This document shows, piece after piece, positions 9,735 through 17,687 of a DNA stretch of 47,603 nucleotides (position 1 is the first letter of the stretch; every line of letters begins with the position of its first letter). Source of the stretch: a virus. Lineage: Duplodnaviria > Caudoviricetes. Where the stretch lies: IMG/VR virus record IMGVR_UViG_3300049228_000125, positions 1 to 47,603 of that record; one strand, written 5' to 3'. The notes below the pieces were generated by a model. The model saw only the letters and a list, made by a program, of their open reading frames with translations, searched no databases and was not told the origin of the DNA. Both the position numbers and the translations under genes were made by a program.

Positions 9735-9969
9735 TGCTGTTCTCCACTTTGCAGAGGCGCTCGTAGGTGAGGTTAAGCTTCGAGACAGCTCGTTTCGTCT
9801 CGAGGGTGTCCTTCCGGGATAGAAGAATAGGGTAGCTCCCCGCACCGACCTGGCAAAAGCTGTCCACCGCCAGAGGAAGCCCAAGCGAGTTGGTACAGGC
9901 GCTCACGCTCATCGTCAGACAGAGAGCTAAACCAGCGCGAGTAACCCGGCCAATCAATCCCTGTACCAT
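9718..9969 (-). CDS. Putative o-spanin lipoprotein (Rz1-like)
   Basis: Signal peptide with lipobox VSA-C; further Cys residues; overlaps the end of the preceding membrane-anchored ORF. Confidence 0.65.
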   Translation of the reverse strand: MVQGLIGRVTRAGLALCLTMSVSACTNSLGLPLAVDSFCQVGAGSYPILLSRKDTLETKRAVSKLNLTYERLCKVENSNAPEK

Positions 9970-10184
9970 CCTTTGTTCTGGACATATTCATCCAGCTCCT
10001 TTTCATTTAGCCCTTGAAGCTCGGAGGGGATTTTCGCCGCTTCGATAAGGGAGGCGTTTAGTTTCGCGATAACCCTCGCCCGTTCAACGCTTTCGATCTC
10101 GGAGATTAGGGTGTTACGCTCTTTCTCGCGAAGAAGGATTGTGAAGAACTGGACGAGGGAAGAGATGAAGGTAAACCAGGTCAT
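9954..10184 (-). CDS. Putative i-spanin (Rz-like)
   Basis: N-terminal hydrophobic segment followed by a charged helical region; adjacent to the lipoprotein. Confidence 0.55.
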   Translation of the reverse strand: MTWFTFISSLVQFFTILLREKERNTLISEIESVERARVIAKLNASLIEAAKIPSELQGLNEKELDEYVQNKGWYRD

Positions 10185-10399
10185 TCAGGCGAGGAGGGGG
10201 AAGATGTCTGGCCCTGATCGAGTGCGAACTTCGGGAGCTCGGTGATCTTCACGGAGCGCGAGGAATGGATGTGGAGCGTGCGCTCGGTGAAGGGATGAAT
10301 AAGCTCGCGCTCGACGGTGTACCGGCCGGAACCGCTCTCGTCCTTGATTTTGAGCTCAACGGGCCATTCGACGGTTTTGATCGTGATTTGCGTGGTCAT
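10181..10399 (-). CDS. Hypothetical protein
   Basis: AAGGA RBS then MTTQITIKTVEW, 72 aa. Confidence 0.65.
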   Translation of the reverse strand: MTTQITIKTVEWPVELKIKDESGSGRYTVERELIHPFTERTLHIHSSRSVKITELPKFALDQGQTSSPSSPE

Positions 10400-10454
10400 G
10401 AAATGTTTTCCTTCTGCGGTTTGGTTGTGCCCTCGGAACGGTTTGGGTGCCACC

Positions 10455-10721
10455 TTACGAGGTGGGAGGGGAGGCTATCTGCGCGGCCTGAATTTGGTTG
10501 ACGGTGACTTCGTTCCTCGCTGCACGGGAACCGAGGGCTAGGCCGAGACCTCCCATAGCGACCGTGTTGATGATGGTCAGGGTCTCGGGGGTTAGGTTGA
10601 TCCCCCAGAAGGTATGGATGACTCCGGCGATCAGACCGATCAGGAGGGTGAGGAGAGACACGCCCTCCGTCTTCCCGGGGAGCTGGCCGGTTAGCTTGTC
10701 GAGGAGGGTAGGGTTATTCAT
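10455..10721 (-). CDS. Putative holin
   Basis: 88 aa with two hydrophobic segments; lies in the lysis cluster. Confidence 0.6.
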   Translation of the reverse strand: MNNPTLLDKLTGQLPGKTEGVSLLTLLIGLIAGVIHTFWGINLTPETLTIINTVAMGGLGLALGSRAARNEVTVNQIQAAQIASPPTS

Positions 10722-11190
10722 GGTACGTCCTCGCTTTCCTCTGCGCTGCGACCCAGACGTCGCGGACGGCTTTAAGGTACGCCGCCTTCATGTTCTCCGT
10801 CTGGGAGTTGAAGTCCGGGAGATAGCCGGAGGCTTTGCCGATAGCGTTGTGGACCTCCCGGGCAAGATCGACCTGCTCCTCGATGGATAGGTCGGCGAGA
10901 TCGAGGCGGAAGTTCTTCACGTGTTCCTCCGAGATGGGGAAGACCATACCTCCGAGGACGGCATTCACCTTCTCGGTGTCGGAAGAGAGGGAGGGTAGAT
11001 CCCAGTCAGCGCCAGCGATTATCGGAACACCCTCCGATGCAGCCTTGAAGTCGACGGGCTCCGGTTCATTGGAGGGGTTTCCCCCGAAGCCGAACGGATC
11101 GCCGTCCTCAATGCTCGGAACCGTCCCCACTTGGGCGACCGGCAGTTCGTCTGATGTGGGCGTCAGGGAGGATTGTGGTTTTTTCGCCAT
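10714..11190 (-). CDS. Hypothetical protein
   Basis: 158 aa, GAGGA RBS, acidic N-terminus. Confidence 0.7.
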   Translation of the reverse strand: MAKKPQSSLTPTSDELPVAQVGTVPSIEDGDPFGFGGNPSNEPEPVDFKAASEGVPIIAGADWDLPSLSSDTEKVNAVLGGMVFPISEEHVKNFRLDLADLSIEEQVDLAREVHNAIGKASGYLPDFNSQTENMKAAYLKAVRDVWVAAQRKARTYHE

Positions 11191-11389
11191 TGGGGTCCTC
11201 AGAGGGAATGAGCGCGTACGCTTTTGCGCGGGTCAGGGAGCCACGTATGTCGGCGAGGTGGAAGGGCTCGATCTTGTCCTCCCCGCCGTAGACGGAACAG
11301 ATGTTTTCGTACACGGTGTAGAAGATCTGCTCGATATGGGATTGCTGTCCTTCGCGGTTTACTTTAGCGATGGCTTCGTCGTGGGTCAT
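11108..11389 (-). CDS. Hypothetical protein
   Basis: ATG 11389 overlaps the amidase stop; GAGG RBS. Confidence 0.55.
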   Translation of the reverse strand: MTHDEAIAKVNREGQQSHIEQIFYTVYENICSVYGGEDKIEPFHLADIRGSLTRAKAYALIPSEDPNGEKTTILPDAHIRRTAGRPSGDGSEH

Positions 11390-12024
11390 GTTAGGGATAC
11401 CTCTATGGGATGTGTGTCGTCGTCCCCTCGTCCGATTAATCGGCTTCGTAACCTTTCGAGCGGGAAGAGGGGGTTGGTGTCGATTTTCCTCCCGGGGGAG
11501 ATCTCCCAATGCGGGGCACAGGAGGTTATATTATACTTCTCCTTAATCGCCATGCAGAGGGCGAAGCCGGTCGTAAGCTGGGCCTCCGTGTAGGGCATCC
11601 AGAAGCCTCGGCCGTGTTGAGGGGTTTCTTTATACTCCACCCCATACGCCTTGATGTCGTAGGTCTTTCCAAAGTCCGCACGGACGAGGGGAGAACCCTC
11701 CACACCTCGGAGCTTTCCGGGGTTGGCGAACTCGACGCCTATTGCGAAGGCATTCACATTGGAACGTCCATGATATGATGAAACCCCCGCATGCCAGCAC
11801 CTCACTAAACAGGAGGCGAGCTGAACGATCTCACCCTTCCTCCCGATCACGAAATGGGCTGAAGCTTTCGCTTGAGGGTTGCACAACCACTCGACGGAGG
11901 TCATATAATCCAACTGCCCGGCGGTGTCGTGGACGATGATAAGTTCGGGGACGATGCTTCCGCTTTTGTTCGGGGTCGGGATTACCTTTACCCCCTCGGC
12001 GAAATGATTCGCGTTTATCTTCAT
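11386..12024 (-). CDS. Endolysin, N-acetylmuramoyl-L-alanine amidase (Amidase_2)
   Basis: IIVHDT, ASAHFVI, CWHAG.S, N..AIGVE, H.EISPGRK.D motifs. Confidence 0.92.
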   Translation of the reverse strand: MKINANHFAEGVKVIPTPNKSGSIVPELIIVHDTAGQLDYMTSVEWLCNPQAKASAHFVIGRKGEIVQLASCLVRCWHAGVSSYHGRSNVNAFAIGVEFANPGKLRGVEGSPLVRADFGKTYDIKAYGVEYKETPQHGRGFWMPYTEAQLTTGFALCMAIKEKYNITSCAPHWEISPGRKIDTNPLFPLERLRSRLIGRGDDDTHPIEVSLT

Positions 12025-12036
12025 AGGGTCGTCCTT

Positions 12037-12420
12037 CTAATACGGAGGGCATTTGAGCTGGCGGTTCTCCACGCAGAGCCGGAGAAGGTCCGCCTTGTAT
12101 GCTACGTTCTCCGGCAGGGTAGGGGGCTTTGCAAGAGCAACGGATATTTGGGACACTTGCGTGGCGAGGGCGGTCACTTGGATGCGTAGCTCAGAGAGTT
12201 GGGACATGGTGCTGATCGCGTTTTGCTCCTTTCCCCCGAAGTACATACCTAGCCCGATTGATGTGGGAATGAGAAAGGTTAAGATAAGCACAAGGGGGAC
12301 CATACCTTTAGATAGGTCTTGCATGTTAGTCGTTGGCGGGCTCATCTTCGTGGGGGGGTCCACGGAACGATCGTCAGCCTTCCGGTCGGGGCGTGGAGAA
12401 GCTGGTCCAGTGGTAAGCAC
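12037..12420 (-). CDS. Membrane protein with coiled coil (lysis-associated, holin/antiholin-like)
   Basis: One TM segment (LVLILTFLIPTSIGLGMYF) plus a heptad region; next to the endolysin; true start may be an internal Met. Confidence 0.6.
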   Translation of the reverse strand: MLTTGPASPRPDRKADDRSVDPPTKMSPPTTNMQDLSKGMVPLVLILTFLIPTSIGLGMYFGGKEQNAISTMSQLSELRIQVTALATQVSQISVALAKPPTLPENVAYKADLLRLCVENRQLKCPPY

Positions 12421-12755
12421 AGGGGTACCTCCGGGAGAGGAACATGAGGGTGAAAGATCTTACATATACACACGCGGGAGGAAGAGGCGTTCCCCTCCGC
12501 ATATCGGAGGAGCTGTTTATATGCGTCGAGCGACCACTGGGATTTGATTTCGATAAGGAAGGTATGTTCGGGGGAGGTGAGTTCGTAATCTACATACCCT
12601 CCGTTCCTTGGCGCCTGGGCTTTAAGCGTATACCCCCGAGGACGCATGCAGGATAGAATGCCTCCCACCTTCTCTTCATACTTCTTCCCCGCCTTAGTCG
12701 ATGCCCTCGATGCCCCGAACCCTGGGAGCCGTTGGTAGTCCGTCCTCATCGACAT
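12342..12755 (-). CDS. PD-(D/E)XK-superfamily nuclease
   Basis: YEE...GYVD...IEIK...A..QLLRY signature. Confidence 0.6.
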   Translation of the reverse strand: MSMRTDYQRLPGFGASRASTKAGKKYEEKVGGILSCMRPRGYTLKAQAPRNGGYVDYELTSPEHTFLIEIKSQWSLDAYKQLLRYAEGNASSSRVCICKIFHPHVPLPEVPLCLPLDQLLHAPTGRLTIVPWTPPRR

Positions 12756-13347
12756 GGGGGATAAGCTCCACTTGGGGTTGATGTTCGAGCTCGATGGTTC
12801 TTCCGTGGTTGAACGCGGCGGCTCGGGCCCTGGCGATGTCCTCGGCGGTCACGCCATTGAACACCATGGTCACGTTTTGGGAAGGAGCTGCCCCTCCGGG
12901 AAGCTGCGCAGCGGACTTCTGCGGGAAGACTCTATCCAACAGAAGCTCGGCGGCTTTGAGCAGAGTCGCCTCCGCCACGACAGCATCCGGGTTCGCGATG
13001 CGGCGAGCTATCGCATCGAGAAGAAGTGACGCGGTTTCCTCCATCTTCGCCTGGATCTCCATAAGCCTAGGCCCGTGGAGGCGCTGGACAAGCTCGGCCC
13101 TTTGCGCGGTGAAGGCATCGGACTTCATGACCTTCCGCACCCAGGTAGAGGAAGCGCCGGTCAGGACCGCGACGTCATCCGGGTTGAGCAGGGGATGCCG
13201 GGCGGTAAGCTCGAGGATCGCCCGATAGGTCCGCCTGCGCAGGTCCGGAATAGCTCCTTCGACGGTTCTTTGCAGCGGTGAAAGTTCGGCCATTCGGGGG
13301 TGTCTCGCGGGTTCGGGATGCAGTTCCTTGGGGATGTCGATTTTCAT
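12694..13347 (-). CDS. Putative terminase small subunit (HTH)
   Basis: First gene of the late arm; HTH-like DVAVLTGASSTWVRKVM followed by helical oligomerisation-like region (KAAELLLDR). Confidence 0.55.
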   Translation of the reverse strand: MKIDIPKELHPEPARHPRMAELSPLQRTVEGAIPDLRRRTYRAILELTARHPLLNPDDVAVLTGASSTWVRKVMKSDAFTAQRAELVQRLHGPRLMEIQAKMEETASLLLDAIARRIANPDAVVAEATLLKAAELLLDRVFPQKSAAQLPGGAAPSQNVTMVFNGVTAEDIARARAAAFNHGRTIELEHQPQVELIPHVDEDGLPTAPRVRGIEGID

Positions 13348-13681
13348 GCGATGCCGCAGTCCGCCTGGCGGCGGGGGATGTCGTCTATCTTAGGTCGCGT
13401 ATCTTACCTTGGGTGAGAGGACACCGACCTGCGGTCGTTTATAGCGGGGAGCCGGGATTAGCCTCCGAGCCAGTCATACCTTGCGGCGTTTACCTTTCTG
13501 GAAGCTGTCCCGGCTCCTTGAGGAGGGGAGCTGATCTGAGGCATCCCGGACACAGACCGCTTCGACCCTCCCCCGGCGGAAGGGAGCATGGAGGTGAACC
13601 CGCCCCTCCTTCCGCGATACGATCTTACGCGCGCGGGAGAGGCGGGGCAAGGGCTCGGGAGAAGAGAGGTAGGGGAGGATG

Positions 13682-13721
13682 GAAGAGTGTGCTTTTGCTG
13701 CACCGGAAAAGACACACTGTT
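13682..13721. promoter_or_regulatory. Dispersed palindromic element copy A
   Basis: AGTGTGCTTTT-N10-AAAAGACACACT; homologous to 16889-16925 and 32175-32213. Confidence 0.6.
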
Positions 13722-14093
13722 CGCGAGGGTGGAGATTCTTCCGGGGAAAGCGTGCTTGCGAGGCTGCCCATTTCATCGGGATGCTTTTCCGGCCGGCTTC
13801 GCCCCTGCGGGGCTTCGCTCGTCCTAGTGTGTCCGGTTTGGTTTTTGGGTCGTGCGGTGGAGAGGGGCCTTGACATAGGGTGTGGGCGGGGGAGCCTGGG
13901 AGGCTGGCCGGGGTACACGCTCAAGTAGCGGGAGCCTTTTACCGCACGCAACCCTCTTTCACCCATGGAGGTAGCAGAATCTCTTTCACACAACCGAATA
14001 AACAGGGGTGGAGGGTGAAATCGCCGGGCGATTCCCCTTGCAACAGGCGGCGAGTCGTGATCTAGATGGGTCATCGGAACAGGGAGCTTACAC

Positions 14094-14300
14094 ATGATCA
14101 CGAACAAGCAAGCGGCAGGCTGGGTTACAACGCATCTCTGCCAGATTGGATATGACGATTTCAACATAATCGGCACGACAGCCTCGATTGAGTACCCCGA
14201 TGCATTTGAAGTAACCTTCACCTTCCCGGGCGAGACAACCAAGGGGCATAGTTTCATCGTGTGGGAGCTTGAAGACGGCACAATCTACGGGGAGTGGTAG
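14094..14300 (+). CDS. Hypothetical early protein
   Basis: AGGGAG RBS, 68 aa. Confidence 0.7.
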   Translation: MITNKQAAGWVTTHLCQIGYDDFNIIGTTASIEYPDAFEVTFTFPGETTKGHSFIVWELEDGTIYGEW

Positions 14301-14302
14301 AC

Positions 14303-14446
14303 ATGCACAGCATCGGGAACGCTATCGCATACCTGATCGCACGGTTTCGGGTAGAGTCCTACGGTGGGATGACCTTCTTCCACGTACCTTTCCCGTTTAG
14401 CAACCGGAAGGTGGTCATCATGTTCTGCTTTTCCGAAAAGTTTTAA
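14303..14446 (+). CDS. Small hypothetical protein (47 aa, not in ORF track)
   Basis: GGAG upstream, ATG 2 nt after the previous stop; MHSIGNAIAYLIARF...FCFSEKF*. Confidence 0.5.
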   Translation: MHSIGNAIAYLIARFRVESYGGMTFFHVPFPFSNRKVVIMFCFSEKF

Positions 14447-14476
14447 AGGAAATTCCGGTTTGGGCGCAGGAATAGC

Positions 14477-14505
14477 TTGTGCCCTTCCCCGAGTCTCTAT
14501 ATCTT
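14477..14505 (+). promoter_or_regulatory. Putative sigma70-type promoter
   Basis: TTGTGC-N17-TATCTT upstream of the 224-aa gene. Confidence 0.45.
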
Positions 14506-14572
14506 CGGACTCGCAGGGGAAGAAAGGAAGGGATAGGCCCTTCCATCCCTGAAATCTTAAGGACTCATCCCA

Positions 14573-15247
14573 ATGGCCAAGCTCGATCAAGTCGCAGGCA
14601 AGCAGGTTAAGGTTCACTCCCCCCTTCCCGAGGCGGCAAACAGCGCCACTCACGCCGCAGCCCCACAGAAAGCGGTAGGCGAGGCCTCCGGGAAGGTGAA
14701 AAAGAACACAAACATTACCGTCATGTATCTCGACAAGGACGGGAAAGAAGTTTCCCTGGGCGCGGACGTCACATCTTTGAAGACGATCACGAAGGCGGGG
14801 GAAACCCTCGTTGAACTTTCTCGCCTCCCTCGCCCCATGCTGGTCGCGGCCGCCGCTTTCGGCCTGAACACCACCTTCCGCAACGCTCACAACACGACCG
14901 AGCACGGCGGCGGGGACGGGATCCGCGCTCTCGCCAACCGGATAGACGGTATCCTCGCCGGGGAATGGCGCGCAACGGGCGATGGCGAAGATTTGGGCGT
15001 CCCGCTCGTCATCGAGGCCATGATAAAGGCCAAGAAGGACGCCAACGCCTATGCAGAAGGCATGGAGAGCAAGTGGCTCGAGGCCTACCGCTCCCTCGAC
15101 AAGGACGGCAAGGCCGCGTGGACAAAAACCATGTCGGCGAAACGCCCGATCGAAATTGCCCTCCTGAAGATCAAAGCCGAACGAGCCGCGAAAAAGGCGG
15201 AAAAGGCAATCTCAGGCACCACGGAGGGCACGGACGATAGCTTCTAG
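14573..15247 (+). CDS. Hypothetical early protein (224 aa)
   Basis: AAGGA RBS; Lys/Ala-rich; followed by a strong terminator. Confidence 0.85.
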   Translation: MAKLDQVAGKQVKVHSPLPEAANSATHAAAPQKAVGEASGKVKKNTNITVMYLDKDGKEVSLGADVTSLKTITKAGETLVELSRLPRPMLVAAAAFGLNTTFRNAHNTTEHGGGDGIRALANRIDGILAGEWRATGDGEDLGVPLVIEAMIKAKKDANAYAEGMESKWLEAYRSLDKDGKAAWTKTMSAKRPIEIALLKIKAERAAKKAEKAISGTTEGTDDSF

Positions 15248-15275
15248 GACGTCCGCCGCATCGCATCTACGCATC

Positions 15276-15312
15276 ACCGCATTGGGGGCGACTCCGGTGC
15301 GGTTTTTCGTTT
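15276..15312 (+). terminator. Rho-independent terminator
   Basis: ACCGCAUUGGGG-GCGA-CUCCGGUGCGGU stem (with GU pairs) followed by UUUUCGUUU. Confidence 0.85.
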
Positions 15313-15496
15313 CATACGCCCCGCAGCGCACGCCACACGGGCGTTTCAGCTTTTTAGCCACAGGGGTAGCGGCTCGCCCCATTTTTCGCCCCACGCCGAT
15401 CTATGGCCGCGTCAATCAATTTCCGCGTTTCCTTCGGCTCCGCTAACACCGTGCATTCCTACGCACCTCAAGCGCGACCTGCTACCTCGACGTGTG

Positions 15497-15637
15497 TCAC
15501 AAAAATATCACACAACCATTCAAGATATGTAAGGGTGAATATATTATATATATTTTTTTTTTTTTCAAGCACTTTTCGTTTAATAACGCCAAGAGTTTGT
15601 ATAACTCCACACTGTTGCATAAATACATACACCAATA
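15497..15637. other. AT-rich non-coding tract, candidate replication origin or genome-end region
   Basis: ATATATTATATATA followed by a T13 run in an otherwise GC-rich genome; no credible ORF. Confidence 0.5.
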
Positions 15638-15965
15638 GCGTGTAGGGCGTCGAGGGTCGCACTGACGAGTCCACGGACCCGAAGGAATCAAAGGAAAAAC
15701 ACAATTCCTTCACAATTTGACCACAATCATAGCCCATAATGCACCTGTTTCGGGCCATTCTCACGCCCATATCCCTCTCCACCACCACGAGGCAACGAAA
15801 GGCATCCCATGCCAGACGCAAAAAGCCCGAGACGTCGCAAACGGAGGGTCCATCCCCTCCGCTCGAAAGAGGGCAGAGTAAGCAAAGCCAAATTGAGAAT
15901 AAGTTTCGACCGCCACACCCAGGTCGAGGCTTCAATTGAACAAGCCATGAAGCAGGTAAAGAAAG

Positions 15966-16439
15966 ATGACTAACGCCTCGCAGGAAGAAATGCTCGACGA
16001 CGCCCTCACGATCCGCGACAAGCTCGTAAAACGCGAATTCACCTACCTCGGAACCACCCACGAGGTCTACATCCCGGAAAGTCATCGCCTCATCACGAAG
16101 GCAGAACTCACAGCCACCCTCATGGCGCTGGAAGAGGCGAAAGCGCATATCTCCTCCATGCAACGCGCCAAGCGCGAAGCGGTGAAGGAAGCTACAGAAG
16201 GCCTCGCGGGGACGATAATCCGGCAGGAGAAAGCTCTTCGTCTCATCCGCACGGACCACGTCGCCTTAATGCGGGAACACCGCCATCTCAAAGCGGCGAT
16301 AAAGAACCCCCTCAAGTTCATATACCTCGCGCTTCTCGGCCGAAGCATAAGGAACGAGGAAGAGGCAAGGGCGAAAGAAACCCAAAACATCCTCAAAACC
16401 GCAGAAGAACTTTTAAAGAAGGACGCCACCCATGTCTAA
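15966..16439 (+). CDS. Hypothetical coiled-coil protein
   Basis: 157 aa, coupled to the next ORF. Confidence 0.75.
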   Translation: MTNASQEEMLDDALTIRDKLVKREFTYLGTTHEVYIPESHRLITKAELTATLMALEEAKAHISSMQRAKREAVKEATEGLAGTIIRQEKALRLIRTDHVALMREHRHLKAAIKNPLKFIYLALLGRSIRNEEEARAKETQNILKTAEELLKKDATHV

Positions 16440-16620
16440 AGCTTCCACCCTAATCTCCCTCCAATGCCGGCCTCATTTCTCCAGCGAAAACGGCCCTATG
16501 CGCGTATGGCGGACCGACTGGCAGGGCGATCAATTCGAAATTCTTTCGAAAGAGGAATTTGCCTCCCTCAAAGCCAACCTCGCCCGCTTCAACATCGATA
16601 TCGAGCATATGGAAGATTGA
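16432..16620 (+). CDS. Hypothetical protein
   Basis: AAGGA RBS, 62 aa. Confidence 0.7.
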   Translation: MSKASTLISLQCRPHFSSENGPMRVWRTDWQGDQFEILSKEEFASLKANLARFNIDIEHMED

Positions 16621-16621
16621 A

Positions 16622-16879
16622 ATGTCTAAAGGCCCCTCCACCTACGCATTAAAAGGCGGCGCACCTCGCTATTCAGAGGAGTACGAGAACTTCCACCTGG
16701 CCTCCCAATACGGAAGCAAAACAGCCTCCGAACTCGACCATTGGAGGAAGGCGCATTCGAAGAAGTTCCTCCTCCCCCTGACTCCCCTTCAAGCCACTTC
16801 CCTCCACTACGCCCACAAGCACGGCAACGCAAGACAGACGGCCTGGGCTCGCACGGACGGAATAATCGAAATAAACTAG
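16622..16879 (+). CDS. Hypothetical protein
   Basis: ATG 1 nt after the previous stop (MSKGPSTY..., 85 aa). Confidence 0.65.
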   Translation: MSKGPSTYALKGGAPRYSEEYENFHLASQYGSKTASELDHWRKAHSKKFLLPLTPLQATSLHYAHKHGNARQTAWARTDGIIEIN

Positions 16880-16925
16880 CCTCGCAAGAAAACACATTTG
16901 CCGCTGCGGCAAAAGCACACTCTTC
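16878..16925. promoter_or_regulatory. Dispersed palindromic element copy B (inverted relative to A)
   Basis: 16909-16925 is the exact reverse complement of 13682-13698; 16878-16888 is the reverse complement of 13755-13765. Confidence 0.6.
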
Positions 16926-16945
16926 ACATCACCAGGACGCATCCC

Positions 16946-17080
16946 ATGACCGGAAAAAGCATCACCACGAAGATAACCATCCACGACGTCACCTCCAACT
17001 GCCGCCGACGCACCACCTCCCATGGCCTCGTCGAAACCGGCATCCACCCCATGTCCATGAAGGACTTCCTCAAGGGCTGA
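16946..17080 (+). CDS. Small hypothetical protein (44 aa)
   Basis: AGGA RBS, MTGKSITTKITIHDV... Confidence 0.55.
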   Translation: MTGKSITTKITIHDVTSNCRRRTTSHGLVETGIHPMSMKDFLKG

Positions 17081-17093
17081 AGGCGAAGCTTCA

Positions 17094-17126
17094 GGAGGGA
17101 GGTTCGCCTTCCTCCCCTTTCTCTTT
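17094..17126 (+). terminator. Terminator-like hairpin
   Basis: GGAGGGAGG-UUCG-CCUUCCUCC followed by a pyrimidine tail (CCUUUCUCUUU). Confidence 0.55.
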
Positions 17127-17129
17127 CCT

Positions 17130-17353
17130 CTGGCCGTGAAGGGCGGAAAGGCCCGCCGAAGAAGTGAAGAGGTCGCAATCCCTTTTCCTTCCCGTCCGGG
17201 GTCGAAGAAACGAGAACCTATCTAGGCCGCCCTCCACCGATGCAACCTCCATCGGGGCCTCTATAGCGGAAGAGAGTTTCTCCCCTGCTTCCTCTCTTTC
17301 CCTCGTTCTTCCCCTTCACGGCCGCAGCAAGGAGCAAGGAGGCGAAGCCTCCG
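17130..17353 (+). ncRNA. Candidate structured non-coding RNA / ssDNA element
   Basis: Perfect 12-bp closing stem 17132-17143/17312-17323 enclosing several nested stems; intergenic; strand inferred from context. Confidence 0.45.
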
Positions 17354-17377
17354 CGCAGTAACGCAAAAGGCATCTAC

Positions 17378-17452
17378 ATGAAAATTGAAATTCTCCTCAT
17401 CCTCACCGGCCTCTTCATCCAAGGGGCATTATTAATAGGACTCTTCCTATGA
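17378..17452 (+). CDS. 24-aa hydrophobic peptide (not in ORF track)
   Basis: AAGG RBS; MKIEILLILTGLFIQGALLIGLFL*; ATGA overlap with the next gene. Confidence 0.5.
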   Translation: MKIEILLILTGLFIQGALLIGLFL

Positions 17453-17658
17453 CGATCACCACAACCGTCCTCCTCCTTTTCCTCCACACAAGAGGCGATG
17501 GCCTCCATCCCCCTCAAGTGGACATCTTCAAATTCAACTTCCTCTCCCAAGCCACCTGCGTAGAAAAAGCCCTCGAAATCGAGAGGGCATGGGCACACAG
17601 CGCAAAAACCTCCGTCTCCTGGGACTGCCTCTCCGAAGAGGAGCTCGATCTCGAATGA
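17449..17658 (+). CDS. Small hypothetical protein with hydrophobic N-terminus and two Cys
   Basis: AGGA RBS, 69 aa. Confidence 0.6.
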   Translation: MTITTTVLLLFLHTRGDGLHPPQVDIFKFNFLSQATCVEKALEIERAWAHSAKTSVSWDCLSEEELDLE

Positions 17659-17687
17659 AGCGCCGCAGGCGCAAAGGAGTAAATACC

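Noticed and set aside
13278-14281. ORFs of 216 and 218 aa in the control region
   Set aside because: Arg/Pro/Gly-rich low-information translations overlapping regulatory motifs; likely non-coding.
15403-15948. Short ORFs across the AT-rich tract
   Set aside because: They cross the T13 run and have atypical composition and no RBS.
13682-16925. Invertible segment bounded by the inverted repeats
   Set aside because: No serine or tyrosine recombinase is recognisable, and a third copy lies far away, which fits binding sites better.
17130-17353. Hammerhead ribozyme or tRNA
   Set aside because: No CUGANGA-stem-GAAA core in the right arrangement, and no cloverleaf or T-loop.
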